Below, in pieces: positions 25,687 to 38,127 of a stretch of DNA of 64,000 nucleotides. The position numbers were made by a program, and so were the translations under genes. The notes beneath the pieces are model-generated. The model was not told the DNA's origin. It searched no databases and saw only the letters and a list, made by a program, of their open reading frames with translations. The stretch spans positions 620,001 to 684,000 of the forward strand of contig NW_019028998.1 of assembly GCF_002105155.1 (NCBI RefSeq). Reading direction: 5' to 3'. Source of the stretch: Lobosporangium transversale. Its lineage: Eukaryota. Each line of letters opens with the position of its first letter. Within the stretch, counting starts at the first letter, position 1.

Positions 25687-28607
25687 TCAAAGAGAAAGAA
25701 CTTGGAACTCTGCCTCCTCATAGACCCTTTGACCATGCTATCTCTCTTGAGCCTGATTCCAAAATTCCATTTGGCCCCTTGTATACTTTGTCACATACTG
25801 AGCTCGAAGCCCTTAAAGAATACCTTGATGATAATCTGAAAAGAGGATTTATCCGACGGTCAGAATCCCCTGCCGGCGCTCCTGTCCTATTTGTTCCAAA
25901 AAAAGATGGCAAACTCAGACTTTGTGTAGATTATCGAGCCCTCAATAAAATAACAATCAAGAACCGCTGCCCCCTGCCCTTAATATCAGAGACCTTGGAC
26001 CGACTACGGTTAGCACTCATCTTCACCAAGTTAGACCTCAAGGGCGCTTACAATCTTGTTCGTATAGCTAAGGGTGACGAATGGAAAACCGCCTTTCGCA
26101 CTCGGTATGGCCATTTCGAGTACCTTGTGATGCCTTTCGGGCTCACCAATGCCCCAGCCACCTTCCAAGCCTTTCTCAACGAGGTCCTTCGTAGCTGCCT
26201 TGATACCTTCGTCGTCATCTATTTGGACGATATCCTGATTTATTCCAACAACGAGGAGGAACACGTCCACCATGTGCGTAAGGTCTTGCAATTACTTATG
26301 GATGCTGACCTCCAAGTCAATTTGGAAAAATGCCAGTTTCATGTTACCACCGTTGAGTTTCTCGGTTACGTGATCTCTCCTACTGGCATCTCCATGGACC
26401 CTGCCAAGGTTAAGGCTATCACATCATGGCCTACCCCTGCATCTGTGCGCGACATCCAAGTGTTCTTGGGCTTTGCCAACTTCTATCGTCGCTTCATCAA
26501 GAATTTCTCCAATGTAGTTTCGCCTATCACAAGCCTCCTTAAAAAAGATGTGCCCTTTGTCTGGGGTCCTCCTGCTCAAAAGGCTTTTGACGAGCTTCGA
26601 AGGGTTTTCACAACCGAACCAGTCCTGTCTCACTACAACCCAGAAAAACCATGCTTTCTCGAGCCCGATGCTTCAAAGCACGCTTTGGGCGCTGTCTGTA
26701 GCCAGGCGGACGACAAAGGAGTGTTGCGGCCTCTTGCCTACTATTCTCGCTCTCTGACACCCCCTGAGCGAAACTACCATGTCCATGATACTGAACTCCT
26801 AGCCGCTGTAGAGGGTCTGGAACAATTCCGCCACTACTTCGCGTACTCTCACTTCCCTGCCACCATCCTAACTGATCATAAGAACCTCGAGTACTTTTCT
26901 GAAAAACGTTCCCTAAGTTCTCGTCAAGTACGCTACGCCGAACGTCTATCCAAGTTCAAGTTCCGCGTGGTCTATCGCCCTGGCATTCTCAATGGTGCTG
27001 CTGATGCCCTCTCTCGCATGCACCCTCCTGAAGGGGGGGAAGACGCTGTCCATGACGCGATCCTGCCCAAACTAGAACCATGGGATACAAAATTATTAGC
27101 CGTAGCCACACATCAAGAATCAAGCAGTAACGACATCACTGCAAGAATCAAAGAATCCTACCCTCAAGACGAAACAACAGCTGCTATATTCCACAGCCTA
27201 CACCAGAAGCCAGAGTCCTACCCAGAGCATGCTATCGAGGATGGTCTGCTATACCATAAGGGCCGCATCGTCGTGCCCGCCAATGACCGCATCAAGCTGG
27301 ATATCCTTCGTCACTGTCATGACACCATCATCACGGGTCACTTTGGAGTTCATAAGACCTTCGAGCTTGTAGCACGAACCTATCATTGGCCAAAGATGCG
27401 TCAGTTCGTCAAGAAGTTTATCCTTACATGTGACATTTGTCAGCGCAATAAGACCACTCACCACAAGCCATATGGCTTATTACAATCCTTGCCTGTACCC
27501 GAGACACCATGGTCCTCCATTTCCATGGACTTTATCACTCAACTACCACCCTCTGAGGACAAGACTGCTATCCTAGTTGTCGTAGACAGATTCACCAAGA
27601 TGGCGCACTTTATCCCATCAACAGACAATATCGACGCCGCAGGATTAGCCACTTTGTTCCTACATCGTATCGTAGCTGTCCATGGTCTCCCGGATGATAT
27701 CATCACTGACCGTGGATCCCTGTTCACCGCACAATTCACTCGAGACTTCCTTCAGGGCCTAGGTGTGACTCAGAATCTTGCTACAGCATTCCATCAACAG
27801 ACTGATGGTCAAACCGAAAGGACAAATGCTACTCTGGAACAATATCTACGTTGCTTTCTAAATTATCAGCAGGACAACTGGGTTGGTCTGCTCCCTATGG
27901 CAGAATTCTGTTACAACAACACGGTCCACTCATCCACCAACCAGACGCCATTCTTCGCGCATCAAGGGTATCACCCAAGATTCAGTTTCGTAATCCCGAG
28001 GGTTGCTGCCAGTAGTCCTAGTGCTAAAAATCGTCTACAAGTTTTGAAAGACGTTCAAGAAGACCTTCAGTTTTATATTCGTGAAGCCCAAGAATCGCAA
28101 GAGCGTAATTACAACCAACATGCTCAGCCACAGCCATCGTTCTCACCTGGTGACATGGTGTGGTTGTCAAGAACCAATATAAAGACTACCAGGCCCTCTG
28201 ATAAACTCGACGCTAAACGACTTGGACCGTTCGAGATAGTTGAAGCCGTTGGAACGCGTTCGTTCCGACTTAAACTGCCAAAAGAACTTTCACGACTTCA
28301 CCCTGTTTTCCATGTCTCTCTGCTCGAGCCCTACCATGCTAATTCCATCCCGGGTCGTGTCGCTCCGCCGCCTCCTGCGGTTGAGATCGATGGCGAAAAC
28401 GAATACGAGGTCGAAGAAATCTTGTCATCAGAATTTAAGAATCGACGCTTCCGTTACCTAGTCAAGTGGATTGGTTATGATGAGCCTACCAAAGAACCTC
28501 CTAAGAATCTCGAGAATAGTCAGGACCTTGTTCATGACTTCCATGAACGCTACCCACACTTACCTCGGCCACCTGGGTATTCGCCGCGATCAGGAGATCG
28601 CTCATAA
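25687..28607 (+). CDS. Element A Pol, C-terminal part (RT-RNaseH-IN-chromodomain)
   Basis: YLDDILI, DASKHALGAV, SMDFITQLP, QTDGQTER, GPF and EYEVEEIL..YLVKWIGY. Removing B and one TSD restores EFTPLFKEKELG. Confidence 0.93.
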
Positions 28608-28617
28608 GAGGAGGGAT

Positions 28618-29154
28618 TGTCACGAACAGCAAGCAATGTCTAGCTCATGAATTGATGAATGACTTTTGTCTGATTCGAATCTGAAAAAGATCACGTGTGC
28701 TTGATTAATTTGTTCCGCTCATTTCCTTCACTCATTCCTCCATGCATAGTTTGCCTGTCAAGCCAAGTCGCGTCTCCTAGTTTTCTAGCTCCGTGAATAG
28801 CTCCAAGGATTCTAGAAGAGCTATAAACCAATAACCAAGGCTTATAGTGCCAAGGAACCTTGAAATAAGATTGCACCAGATATCTTCCTCGGATCCTGTG
28901 TATTAAGTTAACTCAACACTTGAAGTTCCGCATATGGTAAAAGTCCTTAGGAAATATTTGAGTAAGCTTTATTTAGAGTTCTTGAAGCGCGTCTCCGCTT
29001 CAGTCAAACAAGTATAAATATGATAGATTTGTAACATAGTAAACCTCAGTCTGCAATAAAACTATTCGTGAATCCATTCTAGTTCTCAGCTCATTATCAT
29101 TCTTGTTATTCATTCACTTACCTTTCCTTGCAAACCCTTTGTCAGTCCTTGACA
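28618..29154 (+). repeat. Element A 3' LTR
   Basis: Same sequence as 17906-18442; preceded by a polypurine tract. Confidence 0.95.
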
Positions 29155-31162
29155 GTCTTGTAGTGGCAAAGTATTCAAGATTACGGTGGTCAGTCAGGAC
29201 AATGGTGGCATGATGAGAGAATTCGAGGTAATGGCGCCAGTGCTTGAAGGCGACTACAATGGCTAGGAGTTCTTTGTCATAGATCTGGTAGTTCATTTCG
29301 GCGGGTAGGAGCTTTCTAGAGTAGTATGCGATAGGGCGAAGGCGGCCATCGTCATCATATTGACTGCATACTGCTCCAAGAGCATAATCCGAGGCATCGG
29401 TTTCTAGGACACAGGCTTTGGAGGGATCGAAATGTTGTAAGATAGGGCCAGTGCTCAGCTTTTTCTTCAAGTCGTCAAAGGCACTTTGAGCAGCGGAGGA
29501 CCAGGTGAATGTAGTGTTCTTTTTTAAGAGGGACGTGAGGGGAGTGACAAGCTTTGAGTAGTTGGGGACAAAACGACGATAGAAGTTTGTAAGACCGAGG
29601 AAGACTTGGATATCATGGACAGACTTGGGGACAGACCATTCTTGAATAGCGGCGACCTTGGCAGGATCCATAGAGAGACCATCGGGGCTAATCACAAAAC
29701 CTAAGAAGTTGACAGAGGTTTGATCGAACTTGCACTTCTCGAGTTTCAGGCTAAGTTTGGCATCTTGTAGGCGAGAGAGAACCTTTCTGACGTGCTCATC
29801 GTGATCATCTGGGTTTTCAGAGTAGATGAGGATATCATCCAAATACACGACGACAAAGTCATCAAGATACTCTCGAAGTACATCGTTAACGAACGCTTGG
29901 AATGTGCCGGGAGCGTTCATTAGACCAAAGGGCATGACTTGATATTCGAAGTGGCCATAGCGACAGCGGAAAGCAGTTTTCCACTCGTCGCCCTTGGCTA
30001 TTCTAAGTAGGTTGTAGGCTCCGCGCATATCGACTTGGGTGAACTTCTTGGCTTTTCCTAGGCGGTCAAAGGTCTCAGGGGTAAGGGGAAGGGGACAGCG
30101 ATTTGGAATAGTGACATTGTTTAGACCGCGGTAGTCGACGCAAAGGCGTAAGGAACCGTCTTTTTTCTTGACAAATAGGATTGGGGCACCAGCTGGCGAC
30201 TCAGAGCGGCGGATAAAACCCTTTTCGAGGTTTTCCTGAATGTAGTCGTAGAGGACTTTTAGTTCATTTTGGGACAGATTGTAGACAGGGCCGAAGGGTA
30301 CGGAGGCACCTTCTTTTAAGGGAATAGCATGATCATACGGGCGATGTGGAGGGAGCTTGTCGGCTTCTTGACGGGAGAACACGGCTTCATACTCGGCATA
30401 CTTGGCTGGTAGTTCAATGGCAGGAGCAGGATCAGAGTCGAGGGAAACAGAAGATAGTTGTTCCATATGACATACATCCATCATGTAACCAATGCCTTGA
30501 CCTTGCTTCAGGATGTGGCAGAAGGAGGCAGAACTGATGATGGAAATATTCACTGGGCTTTCTGGGACGTGTGCTTGAGATGTAGGAGAGGGGTTTTTCT
30601 TGATGTCAGGAGGGGTGAGTTGAGGAGGTAAAGTGCGGAGATGGTTTTCAGGGACAAAAGCAGGAACAGGAGTAGGCATGGTAGTGGTAGCGATAGGAGG
30701 GAGAGAAGAAAGTGTGTGTTGGTGTGAGCAGGGTAGTGTTATTGAACCGGCGGCCCAGTCGATTTCTGGGTTGTGTTTCTTGAGCCAGTCCATTCCAAGG
30801 ATCAAAGGGTAATTTCCAAGAGTGATGAGTTGGAAAGAGTGTAATTCAAAATGAGTCTGGGTAGTTTGTAGGACAATGCGTGTGGCGTGGCGGGACTGAT
30901 GTGTGGTTCCATCAGCAAGGGAGACTCGAAGGTGTTGTTCAACAAGGGGTACATCATAAAGGCGGGCGAGGTTCTCATGGATGAATGAAATAGTGGCACC
31001 GGAGTCGATCATTGCGTGGATAGGAAGGGAGGAGTTGTGGAAGAACAGGGTGACGGGGATAGTAATGGGAGTGGAATCATAATTTTTCATAATGGCAGGA
31101 TTCAGATTGTATAGTGTGCCTAGGTTAACTCCTGTGGATTTTACTAGGCTTCTTCTTTTCCC
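29155..31162 (-). CDS. Element C Pol, truncated; integrase missing
   Basis: AMIDSGA, LILGMDWL, YLDDILI and TDASDYALGAV; -1 frame from G GGA AAA at 31162-31156. Confidence 0.9.
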
Positions 31163-32396
31163 AATTCAAAAGCTATCTCATCTACGGAAGTGCTAGCGAG
31201 AGAGGTCTTTTTGACAGGGCACTTGGAAGTCCAATGGCTAGAGTCACCACAGTAAAAGCAGGATCCAGTTTCTTTGCGGGGGTTCTTTTCTTCCGGGGTC
31301 AGGTGTCTTGCTTGAGATAGGTCCATGGCCATGTTAGGGGCTTGAGTCGTCGCGGCGGGAGCGGAGGTCCGAGCAGGGGGCGTTCTTGAGTCCTGGGCAG
31401 GCTTGGCGGAGGTAACAGCATTCTTGGGGGCAGGGGCAAATGGTCGGTTGGCAAAGTTCTTATCAAGGGAGCGGGCATACTGTCTGGCATCGATTTCGAC
31501 AGCCTTGGCGGCGTAGTCGTCAAACGTGGTGGGGATATCCTCTAACTGGCTTAGGACATCAACAACGGCATCCTTCAGTCCTACACGGTATTGATCAATA
31601 AGAGCTCGGTCGTTGTATCCGAGGTCAGCAGAAAGTTCACGGAATTTGGTAGTGTAGTCCATTGCCGAGCCCTTCTGGCGCAGGTTGCGCAATTGGGCCT
31701 GAGCAACGACATCAGCATTCTGGATACCAAAAGCATCGCGCATGGTCTTGAGGAAAACGGAGTAGTCAGAGATAATAACGGGTCGCATGGCAGCAGATTT
31801 TTGGAAGTCCCCAATGAACTTCTCCATGTACTTGAAGGCAGGGCCATCTCCGAGACGCGAAATGGCAAAGAGGATACGGTCAGAGTCATTTGGGTAGTGT
31901 TCCTTATTTCCAGCGAAGTATAGGTCCAGGTGGCTTGCAAAGGTTTTCCAGTCTTCTCTTTTGCCAGAGAAGACGGCAGGGGCAGCTAACTTAGGCTCGG
32001 CAGGGGGTGCAGAGGGAGCAACTGAGGTCTTGGTGTTGACAAGCTTGAGTTCCTCTTTAGTAGCATAAAGGGCATTAGCAGATCGTTGGAAGGAATCGAA
32101 CAGGTTTCGAATGGCAGAGACTTCAGTATGCAGGGTAGCCATGGCCGCGTTGGTGGTTTCTTGCACGATGGAGCTACGACTGGCGTGGACGGAACTTGAG
32201 ATTTTGGCAGGTAGAGACTCTAGAACGGCATCTTCGATAAGATTAAGGCGGCCCTCGAGATTGGTGGCGACATTCTTAAAGAAGTCAACATGTTGGTGAA
32301 AAAACTGCAGGGTTGGCTCAATGACTCGCAGACCTTCGACAGCGGCTTCGAGAGTCGAGAACCGGTCGAGGAATGCTCAGAGGGAGAAACAGACAT
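31144..32396 (-). CDS. Element C Gag; probable frameshift close to the ATG at ~32396
   Basis: FSGKREDWKTF, LRQKGSAMDYTTKF, MAMDLS and CFYCGDSSHWTSKC. The gag frame is open upstream of 32166. Confidence 0.85.
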
Positions 32397-32440
32397 GGTG
32401 GACAGGAGTGAAAAGGTCAAAAGTTGTTTTGACCTGATAT

Positions 32441-32877
32441 TGTCGAGAACCTAGGCTGAGGGTAAGGCAGAATGACCTTTTCCAGACTAGGCAGGTGGGT
32501 ATGTAAGAGAGTAGGAGATATGTGAACAGGAACAAGGGTCAAGGAAAGCTTAGGAGTTTTATTCAAGATATCAGGTAAGGAACTAAACTAGGTGGGGAAT
32601 GCGTCTCTATTTATATGTTATTCATGGGCTATGCTTATCAGTGAGTCATAGGGCTGTACCTATCGATGACTCATGGGCAATGCTTATCGATGGGCTATGT
32701 TTATCAATGAGTCATAGGCTATGCTTATCATTGAGTCATAGGCTATGCTTATCAATGAGTCATATGCTTTCACATGCTATGACTCAGACCTGAACCGAGC
32801 CGTGGTGGCGTTAGTTCGTGACTTGCTTGGCCTCGAATCACGTGACGAGCTTCTGACTTGGTGGCTGGTATACGACA
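32441..32877 (-). repeat. Element C 5' LTR (437 bp)
   Basis: TATAAATA at 32615-32608 and AATAAA; outer flank GACTT; matches the interrupted copy at 58578-62225. Confidence 0.9.
32626..32790. promoter_or_regulatory. LTR U3 tandem array (~24-bp unit) of TGA(C/G)TCA and GATA motifs
   Basis: Six TGASTCA sites (32642, 32667, 32708, 32732, 32756, 32780) interleaved with TTATC (GATAA on the minus strand). Confidence 0.6.
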
Positions 32878-33009
32878 AAGTCCACCTTTCCGACGTGGCC
32901 TGTTGCGCAACGCGACAAATTATCCACTATCCATAGTCATCAAAAACTTCATCCCACCTAGCCGCTCCATCACGTCCAGTTTGGTTTTCCCAAGGTAACT
33001 GTCCCGGAC

Positions 33010-33154
33010 CAGTGCTCCTATTCGAACCATTCGAATCGAATTTGCCTGATATCGAATTCGATTCGAATACGAATAGATAACAGGATTCGAATGCTATTCG
33101 AATGGTTCAAATGATTCGAGCCATTCAAACCATTCGAATCGAATAGGAGCACTG
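33010..33154. mobile_element. TTCGAA-rich foldback MITE-like element (mirror copy 58301-58445)
   Basis: CAGTGCTCCTATTCGA...TCGAATAGGAGCACTG, the same termini as the 17282 MITE; no clear TSD. Confidence 0.7.
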
Positions 33155-33309
33155 GTTGAAAGAGATGCCTTGATTGAGCCTTATATAGTTTTCTAAATAA
33201 GAGTATAAGCATCTCTCAATACTAGCAAATCAAATAAAACTTTTTGCAATACAACTCTGAACCAGGGCTATGAGCTATATCAGTCATAACACGTCGCAAT
33301 TCAAACCAC

Positions 33310-33425
33310 CACGCTCCTATTCGAACCATTCGAACCATTCGAATCGAACCTGGATAAGGCTTATTCGAATCGAATGCATTCGAAGCTGTTCGAATTCGAA
33401 CCGTTCGAACCAAATAGGAGCACTG
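33310..33425. mobile_element. Second TTCGAA-rich MITE-like element (mirror copy 58030-58145)
   Basis: GCTCCTATTCGAA...AATAGGAGCACTG; left end degenerate. Confidence 0.65.
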
Positions 33426-33736
33426 CACTTAACATTGGCATGCTTGTTTATTCTAATAAAAATAAAAGTGCAAGCAAACATCGCTATTATTCTTATCAAG
33501 ATGGAAAACATGGGCGCGGAACATGTGGACAATTTTGGAAGCCACTGTATGAAATAAAGCACATTACATTACCTTCGCACGCAGACATGATAATGCAGAC
33601 TGTCCAGGAACACCAAATTAATGCAGAGATTACCAGGGACGGAAACCACCGAAATGATAAAGACTTACGAATGTCGATTGGATAATAGCGTCAATGAAAG
33701 ATTGGCACAGATGTGAGGCCTTCACGTTCTAACGGT

Positions 33737-33739
<3 letters not shown>

Positions 33740-33787
<48 letters not shown>
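33740..33787. repeat. (GA)n microsatellite; the mirror (CT)n at 57626-57715 is 42 nt longer
   Basis: Direct reading of both tracts. Confidence 0.9.
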
Positions 33788-33793
<6 letters not shown>

Positions 33794-34516
33794 AAAATAA
33801 TGGGAACGCAATGAAAGGAAAATACAAATGGGAGGAAATTAGGTGTGTACTGAGTGAGGAAAACTAGAACAGAGGAAGCGAAGGAAAAATCAGTGAGCAG
33901 GGAAAATGGGTGCGTATAAGGAAAGGAAATCGGTGTGCGAAAGTAAATTGAAATGATTGATTCACAGAATGAGAAAAAGCTGTGCAAAGAGAGCGAGAGA
34001 GAGATAGGTGCACAGAGTATGAAATAAAAAATGGGCAGGGAATGTGTGCTGAGAGATAAAAGTGAAAAAAATTGGTGAGGAAAATAAAAAAATAATGGAC
34101 AAAATAAGCGAGGAAAGAGAGAGTAAGAGGTGTCTAGAGAGAGAGAAAGAGGTGCACATGGAGGAGCAAAAATTAAAGATGTAAAGAAAGAGATAAAAAA
34201 AATAGATATAACCTTGAATTAAATGTTTAACGTGTAGTTAAGGTGCGAAAACAAAGATTCTGAAGGATAATCAAGCAATAGAGAGGAAAATGTATGTATA
34301 TAATTGTATGATGGATGATGGGAATAAAAACGCGTGTACGTAATTTTATTTTTAGTGAGCACATCCTATTGCCACTCTTTTTTTTTCTCACACATCCATC
34401 TTTTCTTTCTTTCATCCCTCTTCCTCTAAGCATTTCTCTTTCAATCTTCACATTAACGCCAACATTCTTGCTCAGTTCACTTTAATCAAATTCGCTCTTT
34501 GCTGATTTACTGACAA

Positions 34517-34549
<33 letters not shown>

Positions 34550-34569
34550 CAGTACGCAATTAAACCAAG

Positions 34570-37500
34570 ATGACTCAAAAAATTAAGCTCTTTTGTATTC
34601 TCGACGGCGACTCTTCCGCATTTGAAGTCCAATTGGATGCTGATGACTCAATTGCTGCTCTCAAAAAAGCAATCAAGAAGGAAAAAGAAAACGACTTCCG
34701 AGAGATTGATGCCGACAAATTGAATCTCTTTCACATCTCTGTTCCTGATGAGGGCGCTACAATCAATCTCGCCAATATTGAATCAAAGGAGCTACTCACC
34801 AGAGCAACAAGCGAGATCTCTGAGGTCTTTGGTTCTGCTCCAGCGAAGAAAACCATACACGTCATTATTCAGCGGCCATCACAAGGTAGCTCTTGATGGG
34901 CTGGCTACTGATATTTTCAGCCAGATGGAGCTTAAACTCCTGTGCATGACGATCAACATTACTGTTCATGCTAACATGTTTATTTATTTTATTGCTGTTG
35001 CAATTGTTAGGATCCTTTGCAGGTACGAGTTCTCAAGTCAACAGTAAATGAGTCTATTTCTCAAGTAGACTTTCAGCATCGCAGATGCTCTGTATTCATT
35101 CCTTGGGTCTTTTGATTGAGTTTGCACACCCGGAGCCTATTCCTAATGCCCTTTCTTTTCTTTTTTTTGTGGTTGTGGATTGAGTCAATTTCTCGTTTAA
35201 TCTTTTGCTACATGCTGCAGCTTATTCTAACGCCTTTTCTTGAAACATTATGGATACTTAGGTCCAAGAGCTTTAGAACTAAATGATGAGGATGGTAAGA
35301 GATTTGTCGGGTTATATTACGGGTTATATAGCACATTAGTTTTTACGACATATTAACATTGTCCGTCACATGTCATATCTAGAGAGACTCTGGCTTGAGA
35401 GAATCAAGAAGGAATTCTTCCAGGGAAAGGTCAAGCAATTCCTAGAATCATACGCCAATGGTGACCTTAAACTTCCACTGACTGGGGGAGTTGTGTCAGG
35501 TCTTCCGAAAGTCCCTAGGAGAGGAGCGCCAAGCGAGAAAAAAGAATGGCCAAGTCTTCTTCTCCTTAGCCCATCGACATCTCTCAATAACACTATATAC
35601 CATCCATGTGAAGAGGCAATCAAAAAAATTTATGAAGATGATCCTCGTCAACTATCATTGTTTGGAGTTAGTGGTTGCGGGAAGACCAGGACTGTCATCG
35701 AGATTCTTTCCCAGAAATGGGGCATCTATTTGAACGCCAGCAGCACCGATAGAGGATCCAATGACTTGACATCGCTTGCTGAGTTTATGCAAGAGCCAAA
35801 TTTGGAACGGTTATATAATAATCAAGATAAGGCAGAAAATGGCCTTAACACACAAGCAATCACGCACTGCCTACTCCTGTCAAGACTACTGATCTTCCAA
35901 CACTGTCTGGGATTGAACAAAAACCTAACTTGTGAAAGCTTGATGCTCTTGCAGGTTTGCCCCTCAGCTTTCAGCAAGGAGGTACCCGATATTTTTGACA
36001 AGCTTTTCAATACTATAGCCGCAAGCTTCCACAGGGGAGGTGTTGGAAGAGGGAACGTATGCCGTGTCGTTCAAAAAGCTTTTGAACAAGTTCAAAGTCA
36101 ACTGAATCCATCGACCAAAATTCTGATTGTACTTGATGAGGCTCAGAATTTCAGCCGAGTATTTGAGAAACGATTCCAATCGAACCTACCCGATAGCAGA
36201 CCGAGGCCATTACTATCGCCTGTAGTCCATGGCCTTGAAACAGTAACCACGGATAAGCAACATGTTTGTATCATTCCGTGTGGGACTGGCCTTAGTCTTA
36301 ATGACCTTCAATGGTTGGAGGATTCTGGCGCAGAAGCCAAAGGTACCAAGGAACCGGATGGAGGTCAATCCTATCGTATCACCAATTTTTCTGGATGGAG
36401 TAGTATAGCACAAATCACCGAATACTTAGAGCGTCTTAAAGATCAAGTGACTACAGGTCGTGAAAAAATCGATGAAATGATACCGCCAGCTGCAGTCGAT
36501 ACGATGTACCGACTCCTCCGAGGCCGATTCCGACCCATTATCAGCGTGATCGAGGGAACTATATGGAAGCACAATGCAATCGAGGAGACTAAAAGGGAGC
36601 AAAATGAGCCAGGATCTCAAGAAGAGCCAATCTGGATGAAGGAGATAAAGGACGTGCAACAAAGGCTAACAACTTGCCCTGGTGATTTGAACCAGAGGAA
36701 AAGGGGGAACTTATGCTCTGACTTTCATCACGCTATGAAGACGCTTAATGTGGAGGAAGAACAGAAATCTGAGATGCTCTATCTCGTCAAATTAGCACTT
36801 GTTCGCATGGTGTTATTTGGAGCGCAAACTGTTATCCCTAAGGAACTTCCCCAACTTGTAGAATCGGCGCTTGGTAGGATGGAGTTTATCAAGTCAAAAT
36901 CGTCAGAATATCGTACAGTGATCGACGAACCATTTGTGTTTCTTGCAGTCCACAATTACTTTCAAAAATCAGACCCTGGATTTCACAACATGATAGTTAC
37001 CTATTGGACATTCACTAAAGACCCCAAAATACATGGAAAGTTTTGGGAGTATCAAGTTCCTTTGAGCTTGATCAACATCTTCCACAAAAAGACGCTTGCG
37101 AAAAGGATGTTTCCAAAAAATGCACCTCTGGATCTGGTTGATCACGAAGCCACCATAGTTGGATGGAAAAAATCCCGCATTGGAGCTGATTGCAGTGACT
37201 TGACTATGGAGCAATTCTTGGAGGCCCATTTCGACCATGATTCGAGGATTGATAAAAGAGAGATTCCTCCATTTTATTTCCCCATGGACGAAATCACTGG
37301 TCCAGACATTGTGTTTATTCTCAAGATCAACAAAAAGATGTACCCCGTATTTGTCCAGCTCAAATTCGTGAAGAAGCTTGATGGTATGAAAGCAGCACAC
37401 GCCTTAGAGACAATTAGCCGCGACGCGATCAATGTACACCATTTGCCCAACTTTGACCGCTTTTGCCCTCCGAATGAAAGGTATCTTAGCTTGTTGTTAA

Positions 37501-37727
37501 TGTATCCTGGAAAATTGTCAGATAAAAATAAGACCATGCATCCCCCAGATTCAAGGCAGGCTCTAATGGTGATAGATGAGGGCAACATTGCCGAATACTT
37601 TCATGAGAACGAGATTGAGCTATTGGATTCCATCAAGAGAAGTGGAGAGGCAATTGAGCATGGAAGAGAAAAGAAGATCAAATCCAACGAGCAAGAATCG
37701 TCCTTAACACTGCAAGATGGCGACTAA
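34570..37727 (+). CDS. Crinkler (CRN)-family protein: ubiquitin-like header + P-loop NTPase + PD-(D/E)xK-like nuclease. Predicted exons 34570-34885, 35011-35022, 35262-35294, 35383-37727
   Basis: Header LFCILDGD..AFEV..LKKAIK..IDADKLNLFHI..HVIIQRP; Walker A GVSGCGKT; Walker B LIVLDEAQ; GPDIVF...FVQLK. Three GT-AG introns, all phase 1, keep the frame. Confidence 0.85.
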
Positions 37728-38127
37728 TTGTTTTCAGAAAATAAAAAAAGCTTATTCATTCACATAAACGTTTGTAACAACCCAGTTTATTTTGTTGAAC
37801 TCTCTTGGTGCGGAGATCGCACCTTCTTGGAAAACTGTGCGTGCTCTTCCAGCGTGTGAGTGCGCATCACAAATGATCCTCCTGCACTCTCACAAGCCTG
37901 GGAAAGGTCATCCTTACTCATCTTGAACACAGTCCTCCTCGTAAGCTCTGTTGGCCCCGTGGGATACCCAGATGCAGGGATCTAGCAGGCAGAGCTCGAA
38001 TATCTCTGGTACATGATGAAAAAAAAAATAAAAAAAAAGCAGGTTAAAAGTATGATTTGGAGCAGAAAGAAGCAGAATGAACCTCAATTTATAATCGCCA
38101 TGGTCTGTCTCATTACATTCCGGACAG

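Larger units (their letters stand above)
17906..29154 (+). mobile_element. Ty3/Gypsy chromovirus element A, interrupted by element B
   Basis: 537-bp TG...CA LTRs, gag, PR-RT-RNaseH-IN-chromodomain, polypurine tract AAGAGGAGGGA before the 3' LTR. Flanks CATAC and GTCTT do not match. Confidence 0.95.
29155..32877 (-). mobile_element. Ty3/Gypsy element C: 5' LTR, gag and PR-RT-RNaseH, truncated by the A LTR
   Basis: LTR at 32441-32877 (TGTCG...CGACA on the minus strand); pol ends abruptly after TDHRNLEYFATTR at the A LTR. Confidence 0.92.

Noticed and set aside
22907..31090. Reverse transcriptases as retron or DGR components diversifying the CRN gene
   Set aside because: All are standard Ty3/Gypsy pol genes, and the CRN differences are not adenine-specific.
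32626..33425. CRISPR-like array in the short repeats
   Set aside because: No unique spacers and no cas genes; the repeats are an LTR enhancer and MITE interiors in a eukaryote.
33010..33425. Heat-shock elements
   Set aside because: GAA/TTC units mostly lack the nGAAnnTTCn spacing; better explained as MITE sub-terminal repeats.
33691..34451. Hydrophobic ORFs in the purine-rich tract upstream of the CRN gene
   Set aside because: Low-complexity and microsatellite-derived translations.
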